A stretch of DNA of 64,000 nt from Caecitellus pseudoparvulus (lineage: Eukaryota; Protista; Bigyra: Bicosoecida): assembly GCA_965644315.1 (NCBI GenBank), contig CBFFRQ010000037.1, positions 1 through 64,000 of the forward strand, written 5' to 3'. The notes below the pieces were generated by a model, which did not search any database, was not told the origin of the DNA, and saw only the letters and a program-made list of their open reading frames with translations. Made by a program: the position numbers and the translations under genes. Within the stretch, counting starts at the first letter, position 1. Each line of letters opens with the position of its first letter. Below are positions 21,832 to 36,300 of this stretch, piece after piece.

Positions 21832-23214
21832 CTACTTGAGATCTTCACTTGACTCATCCAGGTCCTCTGTGACCTCGGGGCTTTGGCATTCTTGCCATGG
21901 AGACGATGACTCCCTTTCTTGGAAGAGTGTGGATGCAGCACGTGCCAGGTCCCGGGGTGTGCTCCCGTACAGCTCCAGGACCTGCTCCAAGGACAAGTCA
22001 AGCTTCTCCTCGCTCAGTTCATCTTCTCCCTTCCAACGCTGCAGGAACAGCGCGTCAAGCTTCCTCGCCATTTCCAACGCTGCTTCCGAGGGCTGCTTCT
22101 CCTCCTTTGCCGCTGCACCAGATGGCTCCTGTGTTGCGTCCACCGCTGCACCAGGAGCTTGCGTCTCTGCTTGCCCTCTGTAAAGTGTGAATGAAGGGTC
22201 TGCCACTTTGCATGTGTGGATGAGCAGGAAGGCCTTGAGGGAGTCCTCCGCCCACATTGCATCCCCCAGGCGAAGGTGCTCCAACCTTGTTTCGTTCCAG
22301 TTCGCTCGCAGTTCCGCATGTGTGTACTCGGGTGGGAAGTCAGGGGGTTCTCCGTCAGACAAGAACAGCTGTCGGGAGCGCTGAAAGCTTGAGCAGACCA
22401 CAACGCCAATAACAGGGTATTGCATGGAAATCACCCCCAGCAACTGTGAACGCCACGTCTCAGCGCATCCACGTGTGAAGAATGAACCCTGGAACATGCA
22501 CTCGGCTTCATCAACAACCACAATCACGCCGACTTGGGCTTCCTTCAAGAGGGCGTTTGCCAATTGCAGGCGACCTGCAGTGATGAAGGACTTGAGAGCA
22601 GCAAGAACTCTTGGCGACAATGGCGCATGAGCAGTGCTGCTGGTGTCGGTGTCTGAGGGGGCCATGTTCAGAATCTTCTCCACCCAAACATTGTCATCCT
22701 TACCACCGTTTGCGGTTCGGGCGAGTCGGTCAAGCGCCTCAGCAACGTCGAGGTCTCGTTTCAGTGAGCGCAGCACCTCGACGACGGACCTGAGCAACCA
22801 CCGATGAAAGCATTCTGTGTTCTCAGGTTTCCGTTCTGAAAGGTCGGAGCGGAAGCAAAGGGTGAGTTTGCCGTCAGTCGCGCGGAGGTTGTCCTCGTTC
22901 ATGACGTCGACGAAAACACGGAAAAGCGTCGTCTTGCCAATGCCTTTTGGGCCGGAGATCAAGAATGCAAGCGTCTCTGCTTGTACATGAATGTGGCCTG
23001 CCATAACTGCCAGGATATCAAAGGCTCGGCTGAGATGGTCCATAGGCAAGAAGGCGGTCTGCTTGTGGTGCACCATCTTCTTCCACAGCTCTACAGCTTT
23101 CTCAGGCAGGTGCTCTTGGTACTCAAAGGGCAACCCAGACAAGCACAGCTCCTCAAACGGCCCCATCTTGCGCTTTCTGGCTTCAGCCTCCGTGGGAACT
23201 TCAGCTGCCGCCAT
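21832..23214 (-). CDS. P-loop NTPase (AAA+/STAND-like), intronless, possibly a truncated pseudogene
   Basis: Walker A FLISGPKGIGKTT and Walker B VIVVVDEAE. The same reading frame continues past the TAG at 21832 and one further TGA down to 21367. Confidence 0.65.
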   Translation of the reverse strand: MAAAEVPTEAEARKRKMGPFEELCLSGLPFEYQEHLPEKAVELWKKMVHHKQTAFLPMDHLSRAFDILAVMAGHIHVQAETLAFLISGPKGIGKTTLFRVFVDVMNEDNLRATDGKLTLCFRSDLSERKPENTECFHRWLLRSVVEVLRSLKRDLDVAEALDRLARTANGGKDDNVWVEKILNMAPSDTDTSSTAHAPLSPRVLAALKSFITAGRLQLANALLKEAQVGVIVVVDEAECMFQGSFFTRGCAETWRSQLLGVISMQYPVIGVVVCSSFQRSRQLFLSDGEPPDFPPEYTHAELRANWNETRLEHLRLGDAMWAEDSLKAFLLIHTCKVADPSFTLYRGQAETQAPGAAVDATQEPSGAAAKEEKQPSEAALEMARKLDALFLQRWKGEDELSEEKLDLSLEQVLELYGSTPRDLARAASTLFQERESSSPWQECQSPEVTEDLDESSEDLK

Positions 23215-24363
23215 GCCTGTGAGTCACAGCCCGGAAGATGGCCGTTCAGCCGCACGCATCACCGCGGGGCGGCACGGCACGTCGCAGACCTGCACTCACT
23301 GCTTGTTCTCTGTGTTTTCCAGTCACCTCTACTGAACAACTGGGACGCGACGTTTCGAACTCGACGCCTACGCTGCTTGCGGATTGTGCAGTGCGGAAAT
23401 CGAGCCGCCTCACACTACGCAACGCCAGCACCGGCCGCGCCCAATCAGGCGCAAGGAAGGTGCAAGCAACCGCCGACATTAACGATACGCTGCACATGAA
23501 GTGCAGTGCACCGAGTTTGGAGGAGGGGATGGGCGTGACGGGGAGTTTGGTGTGGTACAGTGAATGCCGTTGCCAGCGAGAATGTTCCTGCGTTGAGCTC
23601 AAGGGTTTAGAAGCCCCCACCACGGCACAGCACAGGGGAAGCATTCACCCATACTGCACCCCACTACGTCCCTGGTGCATGTGCTCTCGACAGTTCATGC
23701 TCCTAGGTCTGAGCCATGCCCACCTGCACCACTCCACAGCCAGCTCCGGCTCCAGCTGCAGTTATCAAATGGTGCTTCTCAAGCTCATTGCGGGGCGCCC
23801 GAACAAGAGGAGCCCTCCCTTGGCCATGTTTTCCTACTGAGGGGGGCTGCACTCCAGTCGCTTGGTGCTAGTGCATTACCCACCGCTCTGCACGACTCTG
23901 TGGCTCTCGGAAGAAGCTTGAGTGATGATTTCGTCTTGAGCAGGTTGGCTACGTTTGCAACAACGAGCCCAGAAGGACTCGCCACAAGCGCAGAGACATG
24001 TCTCCATCTGCGATTGGAGAGATGGAGATATCCATCAAAGAACAGCACGCCTCTCCAGCCCCCATGGAGCTTGCGATCAGCGACAAACCCTGCTCAAGTG
24101 CCGGCATGTTGTGCGCTGTCACAGACGCTGCCTGTGCGCCCTCGCCCACGTCCAACCTCAACATGGAGGTGACACGGCACTTTGCCACAGCTCAGCTACA
24201 CGTTGTGTCTTGTAGTGTGGGGACTCCCCACATCTCCGCGTGCCCGGTCAAGACACCGATCTGCTGCAGTGGGGTCAGTCCGGGTCGCGCAGCGAGCGTG
24301 CAGTACGACGACAGCATGGGAGACAGAAAGCTGCATTTGGAAGGTACACCACCTGCACAGCAG

Positions 24364-27300
24364 CTACAGAGCCACACACAGCACCCCGCGGACATCCTCC
24401 ACGACACAGGAGGCGTCCTGTGCTGCATCACACAGGGCTCGGGCGCCATCCGACATGATCCAGGCGCCCCACGTCCCGGCTCCGTTCTGGGCCCGCACAC
24501 TCACGAAAAGCGTGCCGCCAGACGGCCAGGTGAAGACGCCATCGTCAACTTGATCTGGCCCAGTCACCAGCGCACTGGCTTCCAGGGAGTCGCCCACGAG
24601 CCTGCAAGGCATGAGGTCGTCCCGCCCAGCGTCGGAGCCGGTGCTGCCAATGCACCACTCGTACTGCACGATGCCAGACTCTGCATCGGCTGCTGGGGTC
24701 CATGAGGCTTGGAACACTGCACCAGGACTGCCCAGGATGCAGTCCGCGTCCACGTTGCCGCCGTCACGCACCTCCAATTCGTCGCTCCAGGCCGGCGCCG
24801 TGCCGTCCAGCAGCACGGGCTGCCCCAGCACGAGCTGCTGCGAGCCCGCACCGTTGGCCACCTGGGCAACAGGGAAGAGGCGGTCGGCATGGCCCCATGG
24901 CACAGGTGGCACGGCGAGTGTGAGTGTGTTGGGGCTGGGGGCCAAAGCAAGTGTCGCGGGGACGCTCAGAGGGTAGGGCGTGGCGCTGGATGCGCAGGAG
25001 CACAGGCCACCCTGCAAGGAGAGCACGGCGCCCGAGTCAAGTGCTTTGCTTGAGGCTTGGGATATGGAGGACAGAGTGCAGGACTCGTCCACCAGCCCTG
25101 AGCCAATGCGCAGCAGGTCCGAGCTCAGCTGCACCGGGTCTGAGCCGTTCCACTGGCCAGGCACAACGAGCACAGACAAGGTGACGCTGGCAAGTCCTGA
25201 TTGGGCATCTCCCAGACCCTCCACGCGCAGCACCAACCCCGCCTGCACAGACTCCACAGTCAAGAAGGACGCAGGCTTCAGATCAGGCATGGTCTGCACC
25301 GCGCAGGCGGTTGCGGCAGCCTCCGCCTGCGAGGAGCCGGGAGCTGGCAGCAGTGCGTGGCCGCCTCGTGGCATGAAGATGCGTGGCGTCAAGGCAGGTG
25401 GCGTCACATCCAGCACGCCCAGAGGGGCAATGACTGCCGTGGACAGGCCTGCGAAGTTCGTGGCGACAGCTGTGAGCCACAGCGTGTCGCCGCCCTCCAG
25501 TGCGCTGGAGTTCAGGGTCACTTGAGCCAGGCGGCCACTCTCCACCTGGTCAAGGTCGGTCCACGAGGCGCTGGATCGCACAGTGTCCCAGCTGCCCACT
25601 TCCCGCATGTGCGGCATGGCTTGAGACCCCAGAGCCGTGGCACCCACCGTAAGTGTGAGGGAGCTGAGGCCGGCAACAGCATCCGCCCAGTTCGCCAGGG
25701 ACAGCTCCACGTGGCTCATGGGCACGATGAACGGCAGGTCACTGCCGACCTTCGACACCGCCTCTGCAAGCTGGCCAGCTGTGATGTGGGCTGCACTTCC
25801 AGCAGGCAGAGCCGAAGCCTGCAGCGTCCGTGGCGCACAGGCGCTCGCGGCGAGCGCAGGCAGGCGGAAGGTGCGGGTCCACGGCAGTGCTTGCTGCAAC
25901 GCGGCACCTGGTACGGAGGCGGCGGTGGTGGTGCCACATGCTTGCGCATCTGGGAGCAGGGCCAGTGCTCCAGGCAGTGGGCGTGAGCGCACGAGGCGGA
26001 CAGTGGGGGAGGACAGCTGCAGGAGCCCGCCGCCTGTCTTGCTCACCGCGACTTGCACTCGGAAGCCTTGTGCAGCTGCCAAGGCGGTATCCAATGGCAC
26101 GCTCTGCAGCAGTCCTTCCGAGGTGGAAGCCATCTGTAGCAGCTCGTGTGATGACACGGATCCCTGGGCCACCACTTCTTCTCCCGCAGGTGACACAGCG
26201 AGCAGCGTCCATGCCATGCCTTGCAGCGGCACAGACACAGCCGAAACCAGTGGTAGGCGGAAGGCAATGTCCCGTGAGCCACTCTGCACCCAACGCTGCA
26301 CTGGAGGCGCCCAGGTGGCACTGACGACCGGCACTGGGATGGACGGCGCACCAGGCTGTGGGGATTGGTCTCGCACATGCGCATCATCGCCGTCCACGAC
26401 GAGCAGGGGCGACGTGTACACTGACTGCTGCCCGGCGCCGTTCACTGCTCGCATGAGCAACACAGCCACGCGCCCATCCAAGGCTGAGGCAGGCAGCGTC
26501 AAGAACGTGGCATCCGCGTTGAGCTGCACGAAGTCGGTCTCGCCAGCAGCGTGCCACTGCGGGAAGGAGAAGCTCCCACTCTTGCACGAGCCATCTGACA
26601 ACGGACCGTGGATGAGCGCAACTTCGTGCACGGCGATGCCACTGATGTCGTCCATGGGCACTGGCAGGCGCAAGGATAAGCCTGCGCTTGAATCCCCAAC
26701 CACGAGGTGACTCTGCAGCTGTGCTCCGCATGACGCGTTCGAGTCCTTGCTGGCCAGGTCAGGCGACAGCGCAGCAGCCACAACCCGGTCCATCCCACCC
26801 ACTGCAGCCTCAGCAAGTGCCACAGCCTCGGCAGCCAAACCCGCATGCAGCGAAGCTGTGCCGAACCAAGCACCATCCAACATCGCCACGGCGCCGGACC
26901 AGGCTGGCGGGGACCACGGCGCATCCATGAACACAGGCATGGAAGCGCCCACAGCACGGCGGCCATCATCAGTCTGTGCCTGCACGCTCACCACTACAGC
27001 CATGCCGTGTTGCAGCTCCAGGCCTGCAAACGAAGCGGCACCTCGAGTCACGTACACGCCTGGACTGGGGTTGGAGGTGTTCCAAGTTGCTGCGTCCAGG
27101 GCAATGCCTTCCCCAAGTACCTGTGACGTGGCGCCTGCAATGTGGCCCAGCGTGGCGAATGCTGACTGCAGAGGCGAGCTGGAGGTGACAGTCCAAGTGA
27201 ATCCCACGTGTGTCGCATCGGCGCTGAAGCGCATGCTCTGCTGTGCTGCATCCACAGCCTCCACGGCAACCCCAGCTTCATCCGCTGCCACCTGCACGAC

Positions 27301-30300
27301 GCCGCTGCGGCCTTCCGACATACTGCCAGCCGCATTGGCGCTGTGGACCACAACTTCGTATCGCGTGCCTGGCGCAAGCGGTTTGCTGAGGCACAGCTCG
27401 TCGCCTGAACAGGCCAAGCTCCAACGGGCACTCGTTGCAGAGCCCACACTGCGCAGCGGCGCCAGCCACTGTGACGCCTGCACGTCCCACAAGCCCACAG
27501 AGTGGCTCAGAGCAGTGGACGCCGTCACGGCCTCAGCGTCGTACACCAGCCAGCAGCCCCACACTGCCTGGGTTCCACCGCTCCAGGCTTCGCTGGGCAA
27601 ACCAGCCACACCACCTAGTCGAGCGGCACATTGCGCTCCCGTGCGAACAGCAATGTGGGCCGGCCCAGCACCTGCGATGACGAAGCCGCTTGTTGCCGTG
27701 TCTGTCACCAGCCCCGCACTGCTCACCAGTCGCAGCAAGCCGTACACCCACCCAGACGTGCCGCTGGGCAGTGCCGCCGAGCAGTTCCCCGCGCTAACGC
27801 CCCCCTCAACATTCGCATCAGAGAGGGGCACAATGTCAGCTGCTCCAGGCGTGCTGCCCCAGCCACACTGCACTTGCACGATGTCGCTCTCGGCATCTCG
27901 TGCCCGCAGCCAAGCCATGGTTGCGGTGCCACCAGCCACGAGCTGCGCATCTGCCGTGGCAGACACACGCTGTGCAAGGGGACCTGGCGCCAGCCCTGCC
28001 ACGTCCCACACCGCCTGCACCTTGGGTGGAGTGGCGTCCACAGCAGGAGCAATCACGGCAATGCTGGACACGCGACCAGCGGAGTTCCCCAGTGCAACTC
28101 CAGAATAGCCACGCTGGCCGTGCTGCAGTGCCCCAAGCCCAGGCACAAGGAGGGGAATGCTGCTCACGTCCGCGCCAGGGGCAAGGACCACCGCAGAGCC
28201 GTCAGCCCGCAGCACCTGCTGCCCGCCAAGGCTGGAGCCCATGGCGTGCAGCATGGTCGCAAGGGCCGCTTGGCTGTCAGACGCAGCTGTCACGTTCAGT
28301 GCCAGGGCTGGACTGACGCCGCGCCCAGGCACAGAACAGGGCAAGCAGAGACTGAGGGAGTCCCCTGTGCCGGCCTTGAAGGTGCCTGCTGGACAAGGCG
28401 TGCAGCTGCCGCTGTGGCTGAAGGTGCCTGGAGCACATGTCCCAGGCGCAGTGGGCGGAGAAGGCACGCTTGGGCCAGCACTGCAAGCACCAGCACACGG
28501 CTCGCAAGCGCCCGTCACGGCATTCAGCTCGTACCCTGTCCCACACACGCACATGCCTCCACCGGCGGTAAAGTCGGGGACAAACACGGCATGCTCCTGA
28601 ACACATCCGCACGTTGTGTGGTCATAACTGACAGGGACGATGCCGAGCAGCGCGCTCTGCAGGCGGATGTCGTGAGCCACGTCAGGCTCGCTGTCGTCAC
28701 AGACGATGCCATCAGACGACACCTCTGTCACGAAGCCAGCCGCGTTTGTGGCCCACACTGTGGCGTACACAGCCTGGCCTGGCTGCAGTGCCAGCTTGCG
28801 AGCCTGTGCGAAAGTGCGGCGACCGACTGAGCTGCGAGGCACGATGCCACACTGCCCAGGGGCGTCCCCCGCACACCACTCGTACTTGCTCACGCCTGCC
28901 GCGTCGAAGAAGTCACCCCATGACGCCTGCACAAGGGAGCAGTCAGGTGTGAACGCATCGTCCACTCCTGGATGTGGTGAGTCCCACACCGTGCCACCCG
29001 TGGGACCGCTCGTGATGACGGCGGCGCCGTTCGAGTGCACCGTGGTGCTCAGCCCCGCAGCGTTCACAGCCGTCACAGAGCACGTGTAGCGCTGCTGGTT
29101 GAGCAATTCACTGCCTGGGGGGAAGGTGAAGGTGTGTGTAGTGGGGCTGGAGACTGGGACGTGCGCTGGCCCAGCGGCAGCTGCGCCCTCGCTGGAGCCC
29201 AGCTTCAGCACGATGGAGTAGTGCGCGATGGGGGACACGTCGTCCCGGAAGCCGCTCCAGGAGCAGGCAAATGCAGTGTCGGTGCTCGTGAAGGTTAAGT
29301 CACTGCTCTCGCCGTCCCAAACACTGCCTGGGAGAGGTGGCGTGACGTCAGGGATGACGATCCTGGACACCGTCGTGCTGGCGTGCCCAGCCGCGTTCAG
29401 CCCCACAAGGGAGAGGTGGTACTCCTGCCCTTGCACCAGATCCAAGTCTGAGAAGGTCACGTTGCGCGAGTGCTGCAGGTCTTCAAACACGCGCACTTGC
29501 TGGCCGTACGGCCGCGTTCCAAGCGCAGCTGTGTAGGTTGTCAAGGCTGCGTCTGATTCAGCATCTTCAAAGGCGCCCCACGTCGCGGCCACAGTGTTCA
29601 GTGACGCCACATACAGGACTTCAGGCAGCCCTGAAACAGCCAAGTTGATGGCGTGGGAGATGGAAACGTTGGAGGGCGCAGGTGCCGTCACGTCAGGCGT
29701 GAAGTGCGCGTAGTGCACACGAGTGGCCGTGCCAGCGCGAGCAACCACGGTCACAGTGTACTGCGTCCCAGGCGTGAGGGTCAGGCCGTACACACTAGCA
29801 TGTGTGGCTGTGCCCACATCAGTCAGCGCCTTCACATCTCCAACGCCCGCAGCAGTGCCCAGGGCCCACTGGAAGGTGAAGTGCGGCACAGCTGTGCCGT
29901 TCTCAGTGTCCCCCGTGCTGGTCCAGGTTTCCCCAGGTGGCGCCAGGGTGTTTGACAGTACACTCCACTCAACTTCTAGATGCTTGTCCGAGCTGGTGTA
30001 GGTGGCTAGCACAGGGGATGGCTCCGGCTCCACAAGCACGCCTCGTCCATCCACTTGCACTGCGCCGGTGCTATCAACGACCACGCCTGCCGCAGAGGCC
30101 ACAGAGCTCAGCCCCGCGCCGTTCGTCATGCGCACCCTGACGTAGTACTTCTCCGCGTTCACAAGCGCAGCAGGGACAGTGCAGGAGGTCGCGAGGCCGA
30201 CGCTGCTGAATGGCGCCACATCACAAGTGTCCACACTGGTCCCAACACAGCAGGCAAAGGAGTCCAGCCCTGACTCCTCATCCACCCACGCGCTGAAGGC

Positions 30301-33300
30301 CGGCGCCGCCGTCCACTGCCAGCTGGCGCTGACGTTGTCCTTGTGGCTTTGGTACGGCGCATCCACGAACGTGGTGAGGGTGTTCCACACTGGGCCTGCC
30401 ACTGGCGGGCTTGTATCCACCATCACACCATCCGACTCCAGCAGGGCAGAAGGGTTGCCGACGTTGTTCACCGCCCGTATCTGCAGGCAGTACCGAAGGC
30501 CACTAGTGAGGTCCAGGCCAGTCGCATGCAAGGTGGTCACCGTCGCCCCTGGCACGTCGGTCCAGTCCTGCACATCGCGGCTGCCCACGTCGCCGTTGTC
30601 GCACCAACGCACAGCGTACTGGTACTTGGCCACCGCCCCCACATCTTCCACAAAGGCATCCCAGGTCCCGCGCATCTCGCTCGCTGAGGCAGTGAAGGCG
30701 GCCTCACCCGTCACGCCAGGCACGGCGTCTCGAACAGCCCCACCTGGAGCAGGCTCCGGAGCAGTGCCGTCAAACACCACGCCATCTGAGGCGACATCCA
30801 CAAACAAACCATTGGAGGCCACGGCACGGACCACAACGTAGTACGTCGTGCCATGGGCTGGCACGATGGCAGCGGGGTTCGTCTTGGCCGTCGTGTTGGA
30901 GCTCACGTACGTCAGCGGCAGCACATCCAGCGGATGGGCCGACAGATCTGGACCTGGTCCAGGCGCTGAGCTGGAGATGCCCCACAGGTACGACACTATG
31001 GAGGCCTGGCCTGCGTCGAAGCCGCCCCAGACAGCCTCCAGAATGGGCTGAGCATGCCCATCTTGGTCAGCATCCAGGTCGCGTGTGGCGTCCACGTCGT
31101 TCACGTACGCGGTAGCGGCTGATGGGCGGCTGGTCTCAATGTCAAGCGGCACGGGCTCAGACAGACCCGTGTTCCCTGCGCGGTCCAGGCACCTGGCACG
31201 CATGTGCACCTTGGTGGCGTCGGGAAGCGGCGAGGCGAAGGCTACCGTGAACGTCTGGCGCAGCACGAGCAGGCCATGCAGGCTGAACCTGCTCACCTCC
31301 GACTGTGCCACAGTGAAGGGCGAGTGAGCAGTGGGGGACTCCTCAGTCCCAGCAGCCACTCGGCAGGCGGAGAAGCCCGCATCCGTGTCGGCGAAAGTGA
31401 TAGCGACTCGCATGGATGTCGTACTCGCCACGGACTGCACAGCGTGCTGGGTGGCGTTGAAGCTGTCTGGCTTGCCCAGCAAGGCGGGAATGCCATAGCC
31501 AGCCCAAGCTGACCCTGGCGCTGCCAGAACAGAGAGGGAAACATCCGGCAAGGCTGTGTCCACAAGAATGCCATCAGACAACCCAGTCGTTCTCAGCCCA
31601 GCCGCATTCGTGGCTGTCACAGAAGCGTACACATATGTACCACTGCGGACAGCGACGGGCACCGTGAACGTGTGTTCCCGCGCCAGACCCACGTTCATGG
31701 TGGCTGCGATGTTGTCCACTGGCCGCCCCAGCACCGAGCCAAGCCCAACTTCGTACTTCACCAGCGGAGACACGTCTTCTGTGAACTCTGGCCAGTGCAC
31801 AGTGAAGGTGGTCGTGCTGGAGGTGAAGTCCAGGTCGTTCGTGGCGCCGTCTCCTCCGATGTCAGCGGGTGTCAGCGAGCCAGCTTGTGGCCCGTCGCGA
31901 GGCTTCTGCAGCGTGGGCGGCGTGGCGTCGAAGATGACGCCATCTGAGCTCGAGACGCGGAACAGCCCCGCTTTGTTTGTGGCCTTCATGTGCACGAAGT
32001 ACTGCTGGCCGTGGGTCATGGTGTCCTGCGGCAGGCTGTGCACGCCAAACGGCTCCACGTCCCGCCACTGCCCCAGCGGCACGCCTGTGTCCAGAGGGTT
32101 GCACGTGCTGGCGTCTGCCGTGCCGACTGTGCGGCAGAACTGGTACGCAAGGAGCCCGCCTTCGGTGCTTTCGCCGTCCTGGAAGCCGTTCCACTGCCAG
32201 GACGGCACGTTCACGCCGGTGTAGTCGATGTCTGCTGTGTCGTCCTGGATGTTGAACTGGTACGTTGCGATGTCCACCTCACGCACACCGCCTCGAGGGC
32301 TCGCGGTGGGGGCGTCAGGAAGCAGCACAGGGGGCGTCACATCCACCGTGAAGGGCTGTGAGCACACCGCTGCTGCGTTGCCTTCCACTGTGCGTGTGTC
32401 CAGCACCCACTTGTACTGCACGCCCTGCGTCAGTACCAGGGACCGAGGCATCTGCATAATGAGCGGATTAGGCTGGCCCAGGCGCTCGAAGCCCAGCGTC
32501 GGGGCCCGCTTGGCAACTTCAGTGCGCGCCCTCTGCACGACCAGTGGCGCCAGCTGCGTCACCCACACACTGCGAGGGTTGGCTCGAGCTGGCAGCGTGT
32601 CTTGCAGCGCAGCACTGGCTGCCGTGACGGCGTGGACACAGGAGTACGTCGGCATGCGCACACCTGCCGCGGCGAGGCTGGTGTCCAGAGCCCACGTCAC
32701 GCTGACGTAGTGCCCTGGAGGGCATTGCTGTGGCGGACGGGTGCACACAGCCCGTCGAGGTGTGGAGCAGTCCATGGCAGTCAGGCGAGGCGCAGCCGTG
32801 GCGCTGGCCTGCATGGCAGCACAGTCCAGATCTGGCACCGCGTTCGGGTCTGCCGTCCACGGCCAGCGTGAAGCTGCTTGGGCGGCAGTGCCGAGCTGGT
32901 GCGGGCTGAACTTGCTCACCCAAGTGCCCCGCTCCACGCGATCTGACAGCCCTGTCCAGCAAGGTGAGATGTCAGTTGGGCACAGCGCCGCGAGGGCGTG
33001 CAGCACAGCCTGAGATGGCACGGGGAGCGCGACGCCTCCGCCGAGCGCACACTGCACGTCGGCGACGTCTCCTTCGGTTGTAGCAGCACTGGTGAATGCA
33101 CAGGCCATCTCACCTGCGCTGAGAGTCACCAAGATGTGCCCCGCTGGACACCCGAAGACAGGCGCCTCACACATGGCCGGGAAGTTTGCACTGACAGAGG
33201 ACTGGAAGTCCACCACGCCATCGGTTGCGTGCAGTGTCATGCCTGCTGTGCTGGCTGAGTTAGCTGCGTTGGAGGCAGCAGTGGCGTCTCGCCATCGCAC

Positions 33301-36300
33301 CAGCCAAGCTCCAGCCGGGGTATCTAGCGGAGCAAGCGGCCCGATCGGGAACTGATGCACGGCATGCCCGCCAGTGTCGGCCAGCCATGAAGAGGCTCCT
33401 GCAGGTTCAGACACCTGTCGTTGCAGCCCCAGCCAGCACTGTACCCCTGCCTCTCCACATGCACGGGATGCGGTTGCCGTCTCCAGAGTGCTCAGCCCGA
33501 TACCAGCGAACGGCAGTCCGCCCACGCTCTCACACCCTGCCCGGGCGCCAGACAGGCTGACAGGTGAGGCAGTTGTTCCCAGGCACCTGGGCACACCGTC
33601 TGCTCCAGGCACCAGGTGGAAGCCAGGGGGGCAGTTGCGCACGCCAGTTTCACACAGGAACGGCAGCGCGTTCCCAGCTGGCTGCACTCGCACGCCGACG
33701 TTCAAACTTGCCGTGTCAAAGCCCTCCACACCTGAGGCCAGGCCAAAGGAAGTCCCTGGCGCGGCACTGGTCAAATCAGCAGCATTTTGGAGCGGAAGCA
33801 TGCTTGCTGTGTCACCAGGGCTCAGCGGCGCCAGCTGGCTGGCGCTCCAGGTGCCAGGCGACTGCACGCTCATGCCAAGCCAGCACGCCATGTCAGCGGC
33901 GAAGCATCGCGAACTAACTGTCTCCCGTTTGACGTTATCGTGCAGCGCTGTGCTGGCCAACCAGGCACCTTCTGCGGCACACGAAGCTTGGGCCGCTGCC
34001 CAAGACGCTGGACTGCTCACGTACTTGATGCAGGAAGGAAACGTGCCATTCGCGCCAAGGACCAACTCATACCCACTTGGGCACTGCAGCATAGTGCCAG
34101 TGGCATCTCCGTCAGTGTAGAAGCCGCTGCAGCTGGCAATGTCTGACGCTGTGGATATGCGCTGCAGGCCGAGCCGGGCCGTCAAGCTGTCACAGCGCAC
34201 GTCGAAGTCTGCGATTTTCACCGCCATGCCAGCATGCACCGTTGACGCACCTCGCAACTGAGTGGACAGCGCAGAGTACGTCTTCTGTGGGTCATGGGTC
34301 GTGTACAGGGAGGACACTGCGCCAAAGGCGACGTAGGGGAACTGCAGCGGCTGTGCAGCCGAGTACCCTGGGCACGTCGCACGGGTTCCGTCGCAAGTGG
34401 GTGCCAGGCGGCACTCGGACACTCGCCCTTGGTTGCAGTGGTGGTCATCTTCGGGCTGATACCGCACCTCGTCACAGCCGCCGTCCCCATTGCAAGTGTA
34501 CGATACGTGGCAGTCCTGTGCGTCACAAGTGTACGGCGTGCCCGTGCAAATGCCAGACACACACTGATCATCGTAGCTGCAAGCATCAGTGTCATCACAT
34601 GCGAGGTCGTTGGGGCGATTGCTCCAGCCAGCTGGATCCTTGGTCACGTCGCAGTACTGGCACTCGGGCTGAGCGGGGTTCACCTCCCCGTGAGCGTACA
34701 GCGTGCCGCCAATGTCACAGGCACACGTCTTCCCTCCACCCGGCAGCGACTTCACACCTCCTGTGTAGCCTGGCGCCAGGTTGCAGCCTCCCAGGCCGTC
34801 ACACACCTCACAGTCTTGCGCTGGGTCGTCCGTCCACTCCTCCATGAGGCAGGTCTTGTACAGCTGGCCCTGGCACAGTCCGTTGGAAGTGCAGTTGTCT
34901 CGGAAGGTGCAGGCAAGGTCGTCGTTGCAGGCAGTGCCGACGCCCTTCTGGCTCCACATCATGAAGGCGCCCGGGCCTGCGGGGTCGCACCAGTAGCACG
35001 AGGAGTGCACGTCTTCAGGGAACTCCCGCGGTTTATCAGACAGGTACGGGTAGCACTGGCGCTCGCCGTAGAAGTCCAGGATGGAGCAGCTGTCCTCCTC
35101 CACACACCGAGTGCAGCGGAAGCTGACGTCCACTGCGCCTGCGATGCCAGGCGCGCCAGCGTACGTGTCAGGCTGGGGCGTGGACACGGTCTGCCCCATC
35201 TGCTCCAGCACAGGCGTGGGGTGTCCGTCCTCAGTCAGCATCCAGTCAGTCAGGTAGAAGCCTGCGCCACCTCCTCCGCCTGTCATGGCTGTGGAGGTGC
35301 GGGCAGCGCCAGTGCCGCCGCCATAGAAGCCGTCCCCACCACTGGGGACGTAGGAGGCGCATGTGGCACCATTGCAGTCTGTGCCGTCATACGCCCCGCC
35401 CGCAATGCGGTCGCCGTCCTCGCCTTGGCCCAGATTGCCTGTCGTGGGCGTCGTGGCAACTCCGCCGATGCCTGGCCCGCCGCCCCAAGCACCCTCGCCA
35501 CCTGTTACAGCTGTGGCGCCTGAGCCGATGGAAGGCGCAGTGCCGCCGAGAATGCCACCTCCTGATCCACCTGCAGAGCACTCAGCAGTGCCGTATGCGC
35601 CACCTCCACCTCCACCGACGACTGCAATCTCATCTCTGCGCGTGGGATCCCACAGCGCCGTCCGGCCGCCTCCAGCTCGATTGATGCGACTTGCACCTCC
35701 AGGAGCAATGGGGAAGCCGATCGTGTGACCCTTCGTGCCATTGGCCGAGAACGACGGATCTCCCAGTGGGTTCGGCGACACGCCATACCCCAGGTTCACA
35801 CCGCTCAGCGTTGTGGAGCTAGCGAACAGTGCTCCAGGCTTGCCGACTTCAAACGCCAGCTTGGTGGCCGGGAGAGTCTCCATGCGACCGTAGAAGAAGC
35901 CACCTGGCCCACCCAAGCACGTGCCAGACGATGTTGGGGAGGGCAGTCCCACGTCCAGTGCTCCAGGTGAGCCACCTGCTCCGTACAGCCGCACATCTGC
36001 GGCGAGGGCGCCAACAGGCGAGGTGACAGTGTGCACGCCTGGCTGCGCGATGCGATAGCGAGCCCCGAATGGGCACTGGAGCGCTTGTTGGGAGATGGTT
36101 TGGATCATGACGTGCCCCCGCAGCAGCTTGGCTCGGCCGCCTGTGGCGCTGCGGTGCACTTCGGTGGGGAAGGCGGGGATGTCTTCCCACCCGCCCAGCA
36201 GCTGTGCAAATTGGACTTGGGCGTCAGAGGCGAAACTTGTGCCGCCTCCACCACCTCCCACGACGCTGGCCAGACTTTCCGCGCGGAAGCCACCTTCTCC

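Noticed and set aside
21740-21834. Stop-codon reassignment or selenocysteine readthrough in the NTPase
   Set aside because: Two different stops (TAG and TGA) are involved. TAA, TAG and TGA all terminate well-conserved genes elsewhere in the window, and no conserved gene needs readthrough.
23230-24360. Short ORFs between the NTPase and the giant gene
   Set aside because: No motif, codon bias or consistent splice model; treated as intergenic/UTR or unrecognisable remnant.
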